A stretch of DNA of 64,000 nt, from positions 9,981,360 to 10,045,359 of the forward strand of contig NC_043019.1 of the NCBI RefSeq assembly GCF_006345805.1. The letters run 5' to 3'. How positions within the stretch are numbered: the first letter of the stretch is position 1; every line of letters begins with the position of its first letter. The stretch comes from Octopus sinensis. Its lineage: Eukaryota. Shown one piece after another: positions 12,094 through 24,319 of the stretch. The position numbers were made by a program, and so were the translations under genes. The notes beneath the pieces were generated by a model. It was not told the origin of the DNA, searched no databases, and saw nothing but the letters and a program-made list of their open reading frames with translations.

Positions 12094-12605
12094 ATGTCTA
12101 CAGAGGTAGGATTGTTCCTGCGTGCCTGGAAAATTGCAAAAAGAGAGGAGTCTCTATTCCCTGAAGAGAAGACAAGGGAGATATGCAGTGATATATATTT
12201 GGAAGATCTTGGAAGGTTTAGCTCCCAATTTTGGAATTCACAGCTACACCAATCCTCGAACTGGACGGCACTGCATCATACCAAAGATCCCGTCTTCCCC
12301 ATCTAAAATAAGGACACAGAACTGCAATAGTTTGGGTTTCAAGGCCTCGCAATTGTTCAACATCCTGCCACGCAACCCTAGAGATCTACATGGTGTTGAA
12401 GTGGAAGTTTTCAAGGAATGTCTGGATAGGTTTCTATCTGAGATACTAGATGAATCCACATGGTGGCAGGAAACGTAAAGAAGAGCAGCTCCGTCCAACT
12501 CGCTACTTCACCAAAAACAATACCGGAAGCAACACCGAGTAACTATAGGTGGTGCACCAACATGACCTCAGCCCTGGGCTGAAACCAGTAAAAGATAAAA
12601 GATAT
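12094..12605 (+). mobile_element. CR1-like LINE 3' end with 3' tail
   Basis: LYSLKRRQGRYAVIYIWKILEGLAPN..PRTGRHC..SLGFKASQLFNILP..FKECLDRFLSEILDE, typical of the CR1/L2 ORF2 C-terminus; tail hairpin cagccctgggctg followed by gtaaaagataaaagata. Confidence 0.8.
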
Positions 12606-13624
12606 ACACAAACACTACTGAGATACTCTCATACTGGAAATATTCTGATAAAAACCTTAACATCGGATTCCAACACAATCCGGAAGCAGTATTAGAAATT
12701 TCGGGTGCTTCACTCATTGCAGACACTCTTGGGGAAATAAAACAAGAAAAGGAAGCAGAAAAGGTTATAAAAAAATTGAAAACTATAAAGTTCCTTAGAT
12801 CGATGGTCTTCGGTTTTGAAATACTAAAGGCAGGAAGAGAACAAAAGTTCACATGCAATATTTATAAATAAAAAAAAAAACAAACAAAAAAGTTGGTCCC
12901 GTATGTTAAACTCCAATGCATAAAAATAACAATAAACAAAATCCGAAAACTCTTCCGTCAACATCGATGAAAGTATTCCATTAAATCACCTTCGAAAAGT
13001 AAAACCATAGAAGCGGATAAGGACCGAATCTGCTTGAAGCTGGCATGCTATCTACTGCAGTGGGAGTTTCTGCAGGGTCACTTGAACGGCTAGAAATAGC
13101 AACCAAATCTTTCTCAAATCGTACCTACCTTCTTAAAAATAAGCATGTTGAGTAGTGAAGTCCGGATTTTCCTGCACTTAGGAAAATGACGGAATTGTCA
13201 TAACCGGAATGCCTTAGATAATAGGTTTACTAAATAATGACTGATTTGGAACTGCACAAGCAAAAACAAAAAACGGCCAAAACTATATCATAGACACTGG
13301 CGTTGCACTACAAGGTCAGAAAATATTTACGACCCCAACTACAAATACTTTATTAGTTGCTGGGGATTCCTCACGTAAGACACACAGAGACGTACTGTTG
13401 CCACGACTGATATCGGTTTAGCAATTTTAGATTACTCTACCCTGCATTCCGATTACCTTCCGGTAACTTGAAGTCGCGTTCAGATTACTGGGTAGGGGCA
13501 ATACGAACCCGATATCAAATTAACCATCCAAAGGTAATTTGAACTCGATTTCATCCTATCCTAAACGGTTTGAGATTACCCTTAATTCCTTACTCAAATG
13601 TTCTCGCCCTGATGGCAAATATAT

Positions 13625-13649
13625 TAATAATAATGATGATGATGATGAT

Positions 13650-13743
<94 letters not shown>
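13625..13743 (+). repeat. (AAT)(GAT)(AAC)n microsatellite
   Basis: Seen directly. Confidence 0.97.
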
Positions 13744-13744
<1 letters not shown>

Positions 13745-13770
13745 GAGCACTAAGAGAGCACAAACCGCCA

Positions 13771-15640
13771 ATGTTTCTTTATTTTGGCACTACGGCCACA
13801 ATACAGAGGGGACACTACAAAGACAGACACACCACTACAGTAGGGACAAAAATCATAAAACGAATGAAAATGAGATGTTAAATAAAAATGAAAAATGAAA
13901 TGGCTGCATAGGCCCCACTCCCATGGCTGCCTGGGCCCCACTCCCGGGCCCCACTCCCATTTGAACGTTTATATAAACTATTTACAATCTTTCTATTATC
14001 TTATTGTTTTTTCTTAATCCCGTTTTTTCCTCTGTTTTCCTCTTTTTTTTTAATGAAACAATTTTACCTTTTTCCTTCTTTCTTCAATAAAACAACTTAA
14101 CTTACTTTTTTCCTTTTAATATCTCATGAAAGGTTCTAAATCTTTTAGCTCCACTACTGGTGGCAATTCATCAAACTCCACCATCACTCCTGACGGGTCA
14201 ATCCCTTCTCCGCACATGCTTTTAGTCTGTTGTAGGTGTCCTTGTCGACCACGATGGCCTTCACATTCTCGGAATACACATCCGTGGGCAACTTTACACT
14301 TATAATATGTTTAAACTTTAATACTTTCTTTTCAGTTTCTTTGCTTTTTGCGTATGTCACAAAATTCCATCGAAATTTTCCTTTTCTTATTTCTTTTCTC
14401 TTTTCCTTCTCCGCTCCCGGTACCTTCTTCTTTTCTTCCACCACTCTGGACAGTCTCTCCAGTTGCGTTTATTAATGTTCTCCCTGCACTCAAACAACCG
14501 GTTTCTTTACCAATGTCTCTTCCTTATGCAACTCCTCCTTGAACACTTTTCAAGTTCCTTTTCGCTTATTTTATCCACCATCATTTCTTCTTCCTGCCTT
14601 CTGGTTTCCTCCTTTTCCATCTCTTCTTTCTTCTTTTTCTGCTGCTCTGGCGGAGGGCTCTCACTCTCCCACTTCTCTTTCTTTTTTTAAACACCGTGAA
14701 CCCCTCCTCCGTTGCTTTCTCCTTTATCTCGACCTGTACCACCTGGTCCGTGCTCTCTTCCCTCTCCGTCTGCTCTATCTGTTGTTCCCTCTGGGGACAC
14801 CTCACCTTCATGTGGCCCTCTCCTCCACATGTATAACATATAGGCGGCCTGCCCTCTACCACAACTCTCAATCTTATGTCGTCGGGCAGCACTATCTCTT
14901 CGACAATTCTGTTTAGCTCTTCCACTATTGCTTGAACGGTTAACTCTATTCCATATCCCCAGTAGTTAACTCTTTGGGTTCTTGTGGCCTTCAGTATCTT
15001 GGCCTCCTCATTCCTGTCATACATTATGGCTGTCATCAGCCATGTTTCTTTCAGCTCTGGGGCACTTTGCCAACTCGCACCTGGCTACACGTTTGCCACG
15101 ATACGATGGCAAAAGCACCCATTCTTCTAATCTTATTGCCTCCGTGGAGTGCTTAACTGCTTCCTCTTCTGATGCAAAAGCCCCTCCACAGTAGCGCACT
15201 TTCCCCCTCTTGTTATAAATGTGGTTTCTCTTTTTATTCTCTTTAGACATTCTTCAATAGCCTCTATTGTCGCTATTTCTATTTTTCTTCTTACTATCTT
15301 CATTCTCTTATGTATCACCGTTTTTCTCATTACGTTGGTTGTTAGTTCCACAGGCGGCATCAATTTCACTGCATTTCCGTCTCTTTCCAGCTTCTCGCAT
15401 TCCTTCATTTTTTCGAGGTTCAACTTTTATTTCTCGCACCTCCAGCGTTTCCGCGTCTATCCCTTTTCCAGTTGCAGCCGCATAACTGTGGCCGCCTGCT
15501 GGCGTTTTCTCCATTTTTCCACAATGGATAAAAACAACAATTCAAAATAACACTAGCAACAATTTGAACAATAACAATCAATCAAACAAATATTTGACTT
15601 ACGTCTAAAATGACCAAAAACCAACTCAAACCGCCTGTGA
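13771..15640 (-). mobile_element. ORF1-only Tx1/L1-like non-LTR element (HAL1-like) with 12-bp TSD
   Basis: TSD cacaaaccgcca at 13759-13770 and 15641-15652. ORF1 runs 15514 to 14184 over several frameshifts (MEKTPAGGHSYAAA..VVVEGRPPICYTCGGEGHMKVRC..). 3' UTR ends AATAAAGAAACAT. No ORF2. Confidence 0.75.
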
Positions 15641-15965
15641 CACAAACCGCCACCAAGACAACACCAACATCCTCGCAACGATTGGCCGGAGATGATTTTA
15701 AAAATGAGAAGATCTGAAATAAACTCAACGTCTCTCACAAAAACGTGAATACTAAAAATGAATCCGACCGCTCCCAAAAATTAAGTAAAAATACAGGAAA
15801 AATAATCCAGAATCCTTGTACGATACTGGATCGATCCCAAAATCTAATCAGTTCGTGCCAGTCACGAGGCCAAATATCCCTGAAAGTTTCATCCGAATCT
15901 ATTCAGCGATTCTTGAGATATCTTGTCCACGGAAAAACCTATGCCTTCGCTAAAGCAGAGGTAAT
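15641..15965 (+). mobile_element. Short non-autonomous repeat (Helentron/HINE-like), 3' part; the 5' part at 13741-13770 was split off by the ORF1-only insertion
   Basis: Degenerate terminal hairpin ccttcgctaaagcagaggtaat and body atcccaaaatctaatcagttc..tgaaagtttcatccgaatc. Family assignment is from recall, not a search. Confidence 0.45.
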
Positions 15966-15984
15966 AATGATAATTAAAATAATG

Positions 15985-16415
15985 ATTTCATTTATTTGCC
16001 ACAAGGGCGAAGGATGAGGGTGACTATACAGAGATTGGCATAAAGTGTTGTGGTTTACATATAATAATGAAATGATAGAACAATAATTGTATGAATAAAG
16101 TATACACAGTATACATAGCATATAAAGGTAAAAATAAAAGGTGGGAGGATGATAGAGATGTTGCCCTCCTGATACAGGAATGCCTCTCGGTATAATCGAA
16201 GAACACCACTATCCGAGATCTCCTTGAAACCTTAGGAGCAAGTGCCCTCTCCCATTCCTTCTCTCCGACTCACAGGTCTACACTTAGAGTGGTACCATCC
16301 ACTCTTGCCATTTTCACAACTGTCACCCACCTTTCAGTAAACTCACTCGAGGACAACACTTCCCTCTCCACTCTATTTTCCCGAACCTTTACACAGCCTA
16401 CTCTAAGTGTAGCCA
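15985..16415 (-). mobile_element. Tx1-like LINE 3' end (ORF2 terminus plus 3' UTR)
   Basis: Minus strand reads RVEREVLSSSEFTERWVTVVKMARVDGTTLSVDL*, followed by a T-rich UTR ending ccttgtggcAAATAAATGAAATC. Confidence 0.6.
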
Positions 16416-16419
16416 TGTA

Positions 16420-16560
16420 TTGTGTTTGTGGAGAGCCATTCTATTTTAGTACCTTATAATCTAACAGACTCACTGGTAAAATTTTCACTCATTTACTTAT
16501 TTATTTTTCTAAAGTTTTCGTTGCGTCTTGCAAACTTTTCACTAGTTTTCAATATTTTTT
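16420..16560 (+). repeat. Dispersed short repeat; other copies at 36550-36700 and (partial) 10712-10770
   Basis: Shared ..gagagtcatt..ccttataat..ggtaaaattt..aaattttcgttgcgtctt.caa.cttttca.tagt. Confidence 0.75.
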
Positions 16561-17374
16561 AATCTATCAAAAGTTTGAAAAAGTTGAAGTGGTTGAAAGA
16601 AATTTAACATGATACCTTGTGCATTCACTTAAGGATTCTTTCATTGCAATAGCAAATATCTTGACACTAGATTAACTTACTCTTTCTATTTTTCATAAGC
16701 TAACAATTTTATAGTTAGCTTAGCATATTTCTGCATTGAATATATCAATGCTAATTTAAGTACTGCTTTCCTTCACTGATATCCTAAATATGAGCATTCG
16801 AAGCCCTTAAGGTATATATCTGTGTGTATGTTATTTTACTGTAATAGAGAAATAAGAAATCATTTTTTGATTTTTGCATGCTTTCACGAAGTTCTTAAAA
16901 AGTCTTGTGCCATGTGAATAGAAGCCAATCTGAAAAAAGCAAAGGAATGTCAAACAGAGAGTGCAAATGAACAAAGTATCACGTGCTAGTCAACATATCG
17001 TTATTTGCTTTTATCGTGAAATCCCAAAGTTTGTGCTCTAGCAGGAATTTTGTGTTGTTTATACACACATACAGACACACGTACACTGATAAACTGATAG
17101 ATCACTCTCTCTCTCTCTCTCTCTTTCTCCTCTCTCTCTCTCTCCTCTCTCTCTCTCTCCATATATATATATATAATTGAGGGTGTTTAGAACAACTACA
17201 CTACTAGAAATAAGAGCTGAAGTGTTTTGTTGCTGTTTCCAATGTACATAAATTGCACACATACACGCTGGCAGGGACCGTGAATGGCCGGAAAATGGTG
17301 ATCATGATATTTTTTTTCCTTTTTGGTTTACCTTTGTGGTGAAACCCTGCTGACCGGCTGCCTCATTTAATTTT

Positions 17375-17413
<39 letters not shown>

Positions 17414-17694
17414 AAACAAAGATATAAAATCCTCTTAAAGGGATGTTGACATCTAAGATCCCTGGTTTTATCCAGTGTATCAGTGAAAAACCAAAGATGT
17501 TAGCTTCGTATTAATGGATAATGGTATATTACCATTTTTGTATGAGGAAAAAAAGAAAATGGAACAATTGATAAATAGACATTAATTTATTAGAATATAT
17601 TCAGTTTCAAACAATATCAAACCCATTACACCTACAATTGTTACCTTGGCCAACCAATTCAATTGTGAGTGAATCCGGTAGGCGTCACTCAAAC

Positions 17695-17697
17695 ACA

Positions 17698-17753
<56 letters not shown>

Positions 17754-17950
17754 TACACACACGCACGCACACACACATACACATTCACACACATACACTC
17801 ACTCACTGACACACACGCGCACACACATACACGTCTGTGCGTGTATGTTTTGTGTCTCTTTGCTTTGACAGAACGTGATAAATGTGCGTTTACATACATA
17901 GATACATACATACATACATACATACATACATACTACATACATACATACAT
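17695..17950 (+). repeat. (CA)n and (CATA)n microsatellites
   Basis: Seen directly. Confidence 0.95.
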
Positions 17951-18435
17951 ACCAACCATACACGTGCACAGTATGGGCAAAGTTAAGTTCGCTCGGCAAT
18001 CACGAGGTCCCGGTTTCGATTCTCCTACGAGACATGTTCGACAATTATCGTTTTCTATAACTCGGCTCAACTCCCCATTGTCAAAGAAATTGGGTATTCG
18101 GAAACTACGTAGAAGCCCACCGGCTACAGTTTTCACGAAATGCAAAATTACAGCCTTGTCACTCTATGTTACACTGATTCCACCTGAGAATTACATTAAG
18201 GGTATGTTTATCTGCGGAGTACTCATCCGCTTACCTGCAAATTCAATGAAATTAGTGATGACGGAAGAAATAAACATTCATAATGTGAAATTCTGCCTGA
18301 GATTCATTTGTTATAAATTTCATATCAATTTATTGTACATGCATACATACATACAATACACACAGACAGACATATAGATAGACAGGCAGACAGGCAGACA
18401 GATAGACAGATAGGTAGACAGGCAGACAGACATAT

Positions 18436-18648
18436 TCTTTCTATTAGAACCACAAGGGCTGAAAATTTATGTGAGGGAGCCAGTCGATTATATCGACCAC
18501 CAGTGCCCAACTGGTACTTGTTTTATAGATACCGAAAGGACGAAGGGCAAAGTCGACCTCGGTGAAATTGGAAGTAAGAACATAAAGACTGATGGAACGC
18601 TGCTAAGCATTTTGTCCGACGCGCGAACGATTCTTCGTGCTCGCCGCT
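18436..18648 (-). mobile_element. SINE family 1 copy
   Basis: Reverse complement begins aagcggcgagcacgaagaatcgtt..aaaatgcttagc and matches the 25210 copy. Confidence 0.75.
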
Positions 18649-18699
18649 TTCAGACAAACATATATACACACGTTGGTACATAGGCACCTTTCTACCTAC

Positions 18700-19146
18700 C
18701 TGCCAACCTACGTACATACATGCATACATGCATACGTACATACATACATAAATACGTACATACATACATACATACATACATACATACATACATACATACA
18801 TACATACATACATACATTTGTACCAAACTAGACACATACCAACTTATTTACGCTATTACCAGCCTTACTAAATAACTACTTATTCTACCAATCATACCCT
18901 CAACATTAACCTCGTGTAAATATGCCTACCTACCAATGTACCTATCTACCAACCTAATATATACATGCATACATACATACACACACACGTGCATACATAC
19001 ATACATACATACATACATACATACATACATACATACATACATACATACATACATACATACATACATACATACATACATACATACATACATACATACATAC
19101 ATACATGCATACATGCATACATGCATACATACATACATACATACAT
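18700..19146 (+). repeat. (CATA)n tetranucleotide arrays
   Basis: Seen directly; source of the MYVC/HTYI pseudo-ORFs. Confidence 0.95.
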
Positions 19147-19401
19147 AATATATTGTGCAGCGGTAAACGTGCGTCAGCAGATGGGAGTAAAAAAATGTTG
19201 ATCTAAAAGATAATATTGAGCTAAAATGGATGGCCTCATTGGATAATTGGATACTTTCATCAAATTTAGAGTGATCAACGAAATCGCGAACTGCCAGCTA
19301 CGACTACATGATAGATTTTCCAAACGCTATTGAAATTACCGCTACGAAACATTCACAAGCAAATAGATTGCCCTCAAGCACGAGCTATGAGCAGGAAGTA
19401 G

Positions 19402-19686
19402 ACAAAACGATAAACCAACACAAAACGATAAACCACACGTTTGCCCGAACTGTCTATTGCAATATGAAAGGTCATACCAAGATGATTATAAATGCTCCTC
19501 TCCGTCGGGACCTGGAGTCATTCTGTTCCGTCTGGGGAATCTAGGATGACAAACGATAAACCAACACAAAGATAAACCACACGTTTTGCCCGAACTGTCT
19601 ATTGCAATATGAAAGGTCATACCAAGATGATTATAAATGCTCCTCTCCGTCGGACCTGGAGTCATTCTGTCGGGGAATCTAGGATG
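19402..19686 (+). repeat. Tandem duplication: 147-bp copy (19402-19548) plus 138-bp copy (19549-19686)
   Basis: Direct comparison; the copies differ almost only by small indels. Confidence 0.9.
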
Positions 19687-19779
19687 GAAACAAACAACAT
19701 CATAGCGGTTCTACAAAGTTATTAAATGAACTACAAAGTTATTACTATGTAAATGCCTCTCCCAAAATAACAAGCAGTG

Positions 19780-21400
19780 AAACCTTGACGATCATTACAA
19801 AACTACCGAATGGAAAACCCCTTGGGAGAGACCTGATAGTAGGATACAGATACAAAATGCTCACATTTTACATGGAAATTCTCGCGACACTGTTCACAAA
19901 ACAAAACAAAAAAATAGAGGTTGAATTAGATATGCTAGATTTGTTGCCTGTTGTATGGACTGTTACCTGGAGAAATACGTTCAAACAATCTGTGCCCTGT
20001 TTGTACATAACATTCAAGCGCACAGTGGATTCACGAAGCCAAAAACTATCACTCCACTGCACGCTTGAATATTATGTACAAACAGGGCACAGATTGCTTG
20101 AACGTATTTCTCCAAGATCACTGCTAAAATAATAGTGATAACAGATGAACAGGTAGAAAGAAAGAAAGGTTTCTGGAGTTGTGCCAAACAACTCTCCATC
20201 AAAGTTTGTCTTTAAGGAAGCTAAGCAGCATTGCTGTAATCTTCAAACAATCTACACTATGTTAGGCAACAGTAAAGCGTTCGATTTTGTCCCTTATTCA
20301 TGGATACAAGAATCATTACACCTTGCTAAGTTTGCAGCTGCTATAATGCAAGCCGTTGAAAGACAAACCACTACATGGACCGCACAGTTATCATTAAACG
20401 AAGCAACATCTACAGTCACAAACAGAACCAGGTTGTCTACGAGAATATTCCAGTGCGACGGTTTGTCTGTAATGTTGATTTACAGGCAGTGAACCACTTG
20501 TCAGCTGTGTTAACAAAATTCCAAGGGGATGCAGAAAAGAATAAAACTAATAACACCTACATGTTTTTTGTTAATGACCTAAAGCATGAACATAAGAGAT
20601 ACTTAGGACCTATTACAACAGCTAAATCTCTTCAGTCATTCTATGTCGTGTTAAGATAAGGTTCATTGGATAATTTTAAATTTAAAAAGTAAGATGACTA
20701 CGGATTGAATGGGACAACTCACTCAAGACTGAGCCGAGGTTAAATAACAATAGTTCTAATCTATATAACACCGCAAATATGCAATTATACCAGAATTTTT
20801 TAGAAAAAGGTCACTTATGCATTTCAAAAAGATAAGGTTGATTTCATTGGTCTGTTCCTTTAAGGCCCTTCCTAGAGCTGAACAACAATAACAGTCTTAG
20901 TAACTTTAAGTTATACATCCACTGGACAATGCAAACATACTCCTCCAAAGTAAAAGCAATTTAACGATCACTTGTGTGTATAAAAATGAGTGTTTAAAAA
21001 TTAGGGTTAATTTCAAAAGGCATTATGCAACACTTGCAAAAACTAGAGAACAATAACAACACGAACAAGAAAAATTGACAACCTATCTTGCCACAAATTT
21101 CTCTGCCGGAAATAACAAATTAAATCATTAATAACTATTGCGTCGTGTTAACAGACGTATAATTAAAATTTTCGTGTAGTCAAGCTAATACAAATGGAAG
21201 ACAAAGAAACCTTTTGTCCTTGTAAGCAAGAAAACAGTTGACAATTCGGACATTTGTCGCAGATGTATTTGACGTCGTATATTCAACGAAGAAGCTTCTA
21301 AATGGTCACTCGAATCGCTAAAAGGAAACCCTGACACCCCTCAAAGCACACTCTAACTTCTTAAAATGTAGGAAATATAATTGGGAAAATAGTTCTGAAT
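19780..21400 (+). mobile_element. Heavily decayed RLE-type (R4/NeSL-like) LINE
   Basis: RT remnant KAFDFVPYSWIQESLHL..RIFQCDGLS (ORF 20181), and a zinc-knuckle-like remnant near 21210 (tgtccttgtaagcaagaaaacagttgac). Confidence 0.55.
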
Positions 21401-23035
21401 GAACTGTCTAAAAATAAGACAGAATCATCATAGCTGCAATACCTTTCATCGTAGGTGTATTAAATCAGGCTGGGATATCTCTGATAAGAGATCCCCTTCA
21501 TCCAACAATGGAGCAACTAATCAAGAAGAGAGCTCTGACCAGAGAGTAAACGAGCCCTCACCAACCAACAAAGGAACCCTTCACTAGTCCACAAAGGATC
21601 CCTTTTATGCAACAATAGAATCACTAGCTAATTAAAAGAGCCCCACACAAACCAAAATGAGAACCCCTTACAAACAAACAAGAGAGTTCGTCACTAGTTA
21701 ATAAAAGAAACCCTTCCATTCGACAAAGATGTCTCTCCACCTAACAATGCACCCTCTTCTGAAATGTGTTATTCGGAAAATCCACTTCATGATAACGCCT
21801 CATTAGGGAAGCTACGAAGATGTGGTCAGCAGGAAGAGACACAGCAGGCGCTCTGACAGCATTCATACTCCAGAAATTATCCAACAACTCCAGGAACAGA
21901 GGTGGTTGACGGAGATTTTCTACGACTTCACTAGCTCCAATTCGTGCGTGTGTGTATATGTATATCTCTTCTATTTTTTAATAGGAAGGAGCTAGTTTCC
22001 AATAAAGATACAAGGCTCCATCTTTGGGATGTAGTCAACACAGACGAATTCACATTTGGAACTTGAGAAGAAACATTCCCCACTGATGAACTTCCTAAGC
22101 ATACAAACACACGGACATCACATATACCCAGAATATAATATGATAGAATGCAAAATTCACCGTCCAGCATAATATTTTTCCCCAAAGCCAAACCCACAGT
22201 AGATAATCACTCAAATGTTGCCATCCAAAATTAGTGTCCCTTGATTTATCGCTTTCCTTATGGGACTTTCTGTGAACTTTTGAGACATTTCACGAGACGT
22301 TTTCTATTTTCCTCCAAAATGGAGACGAACACCATTCTTCATATGATCAGCTTGAAAAATTGTTTAGATATTAAGATATTTGTCTTAACATGAAACCAAT
22401 GCTAACCTTTATACACAAGTATATGTTATCAAATTCATTGTAACCGGGTTTATTCAACTAGACCAGCTAAAAGTATCCTCATGCGAAAATTAAAGCTTCA
22501 GTCAAAACTAAATTTTTACTAAATTTACCTTAAACGTTTCGTATTGACTTCCCCTCATTAGCAAATGTTCTGTTATTATTCTTAAATTAGCTTCAAAATA
22601 ACCTTAAATAAGCATAAACACGCGCGCGCGTGTGTACATGTGAGAGTGTGTATGTATTAGCGTGTGTGTGTACGTTTGTACGTGCGTATGTGTGTGTGTG
22701 TTTGTGTGTGTTATGCGATAATATGTAGCTGGGATGACATACACATTAATCACCTCAGATGGACCTTTCTCATAGTTTCCTCTGATTTCATTTTTGAGTG
22801 GGATTGAAAGAGATAGCGAGTGCCTCCATGCTATCTGTGACAATTGAGAAAACACATTGGGAGCAGTTTGACCCAAATCCTTTGCCCTGCAGTCAGTAGT
22901 TACGTGCCTAAAGTTGCCTAAAGCATCATTCTTGCAAACTTCCTTCAGTAGCTCCATTATTCTCCAGTTCACCTGTTCAGCTGCTAGTTAGATGCATGCC
23001 AAGATAGATGAATATGTTTGACAAACTATAATATA

Positions 23036-24319
23036 TTAGGTTGTCCGGAAAGTATGTGTCGATTTATACTAGCTTACCTTTCGACTTATTTTAGAACATG
23101 GCTGTGTCCCTAAAATAGGATTTGACTACACCTCCATTTAGAGCACAGGTTAAGCTATCTTTTCGTGGAAGAAGGTGTATGTTCCGATAACCTGTGTTAA
23201 TTCTGTAACCCTTTAAAATGGAAGATAAGAAAGTTCATTTTCGGCACTTGATGCTTTTCTTTTTCCGTAAAGGGAAAAATGCCTCACAAGCAACCAAAGA
23301 AATATGCGCAGTTTACAATGATGTTTCTTTATCCGAAAGAACTGTACGGAAGTGGTTCGCAAGGTTCCGAGCTGGAGATTGTAGCCTTATTGATAAAGAG
23401 CGATCAGGCAGACCATCCATTACAGATGATGACCAAATCAAGTCATTAATTGAGAATAACCCACATTACACAACCCGAGAATTGGCAGAAAGCATCAACC
23501 TATCAAAATCCGTCGTTCATGAGCACCTGGTAAAACTTGGGTACACAAATCGCGACGATGTTTGGGTACCACATGAGTGGAGTGAGAAGAACCTTTTGGA
23601 TCGCATTTCCATCTGTGATTCGCTTTATAAACGGAATGAAAACGCGCATTTTTTAAAGCAAATTGTGACAGGTGATGAGAAATGGATTATCTACCGAAAT
23701 GTTCAGAGAAAGCGATCCTGGAGTAAGTGGCATGAGTCACCCTTAGCCACCCCAAAAGCGGGTCTTCACCCTAAAAAAGTCTTGCTTTGTGTCTGGTGGA
23801 ACTGGAGAGGGATTTTGTACTATGAGCTTCTCCCAAGTAACCAGATAATTAATTCTGAGAAATACTGCACACAACTGGACGAGTTAAAAGCAGTAATTCA
23901 AGAGAGACCTCCAGAATTGGCCATCAGGAAGGGTGTTGTTTTCCAACATGATAATGCAAGACCGCACGTTTCTTTAGGAACCAGACAAAAATTGCTGCAG
24001 CTCGGCTGGGATGTGTTACCTCACCCGCCACATTCACCAGATATTGCTCCTTCGGATTTTCACTTATTCAGGTCTCTGCAGAATAGTCTTAATGGTAAAA
24101 ATTTCAATTCCTTGGATGATGTAAAAAGATACCTTGATGAATTCTTTGCTATGAAACCACCTCAATTCTGGGAAGAGGGTATTTTCAAGTTAAAGGAAAG
24201 ATGGAGACGCATTGTGCAACAGAATGGTTCATATTTGGTTGATTAAAAATATAATGGCAAGTATTTATTGACCATTTTCTTTCCTTTAAAAACCGGCACG
24301 AACTTTCCGGACAACCCAA
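23036..24319 (+). mobile_element. Full-length mariner transposon (1284 bp)
   Basis: 30-bp TIRs (TTAGGTTGTCCGGAAAGT.. and its reverse complement, 5 mismatches); TA TSDs at 23034-23035 and 24320-24321; single ORF. Confidence 0.95.
23218..24246 (+). CDS. Mariner transposase, intact 342 aa, DD34D
   Basis: HTH region, RSGRP, WVPHE, TGDEKW, HDNARPH, HSPDIAPSDFHLF; 34 residues between the second and third Asp. Confidence 0.95.
   Translation: MEDKKVHFRHLMLFFFRKGKNASQATKEICAVYNDVSLSERTVRKWFARFRAGDCSLIDKERSGRPSITDDDQIKSLIENNPHYTTRELAESINLSKSVVHEHLVKLGYTNRDDVWVPHEWSEKNLLDRISICDSLYKRNENAHFLKQIVTGDEKWIIYRNVQRKRSWSKWHESPLATPKAGLHPKKVLLCVWWNWRGILYYELLPSNQIINSEKYCTQLDELKAVIQERPPELAIRKGVVFQHDNARPHVSLGTRQKLLQLGWDVLPHPPHSPDIAPSDFHLFRSLQNSLNGKNFNSLDDVKRYLDEFFAMKPPQFWEEGIFKLKERWRRIVQQNGSYLVD

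Noticed and set aside
9553-19201. Many ORFs with [16 protein letters not shown], poly-N or poly-L content
   Set aside because: They are translations of di-, tri- and tetranucleotide microsatellites, not genes
21760-21930. Possible Tc1/mariner-related (maT-like) N-terminal remnant (RKRHSRRSDSIHTPEIIQQLQ)
   Set aside because: Too short and decayed to call without a search
22604-22972. 122-aa minus-strand ORF with exon-like borders
   Set aside because: No recognisable motif; the C-terminal part is microsatellite
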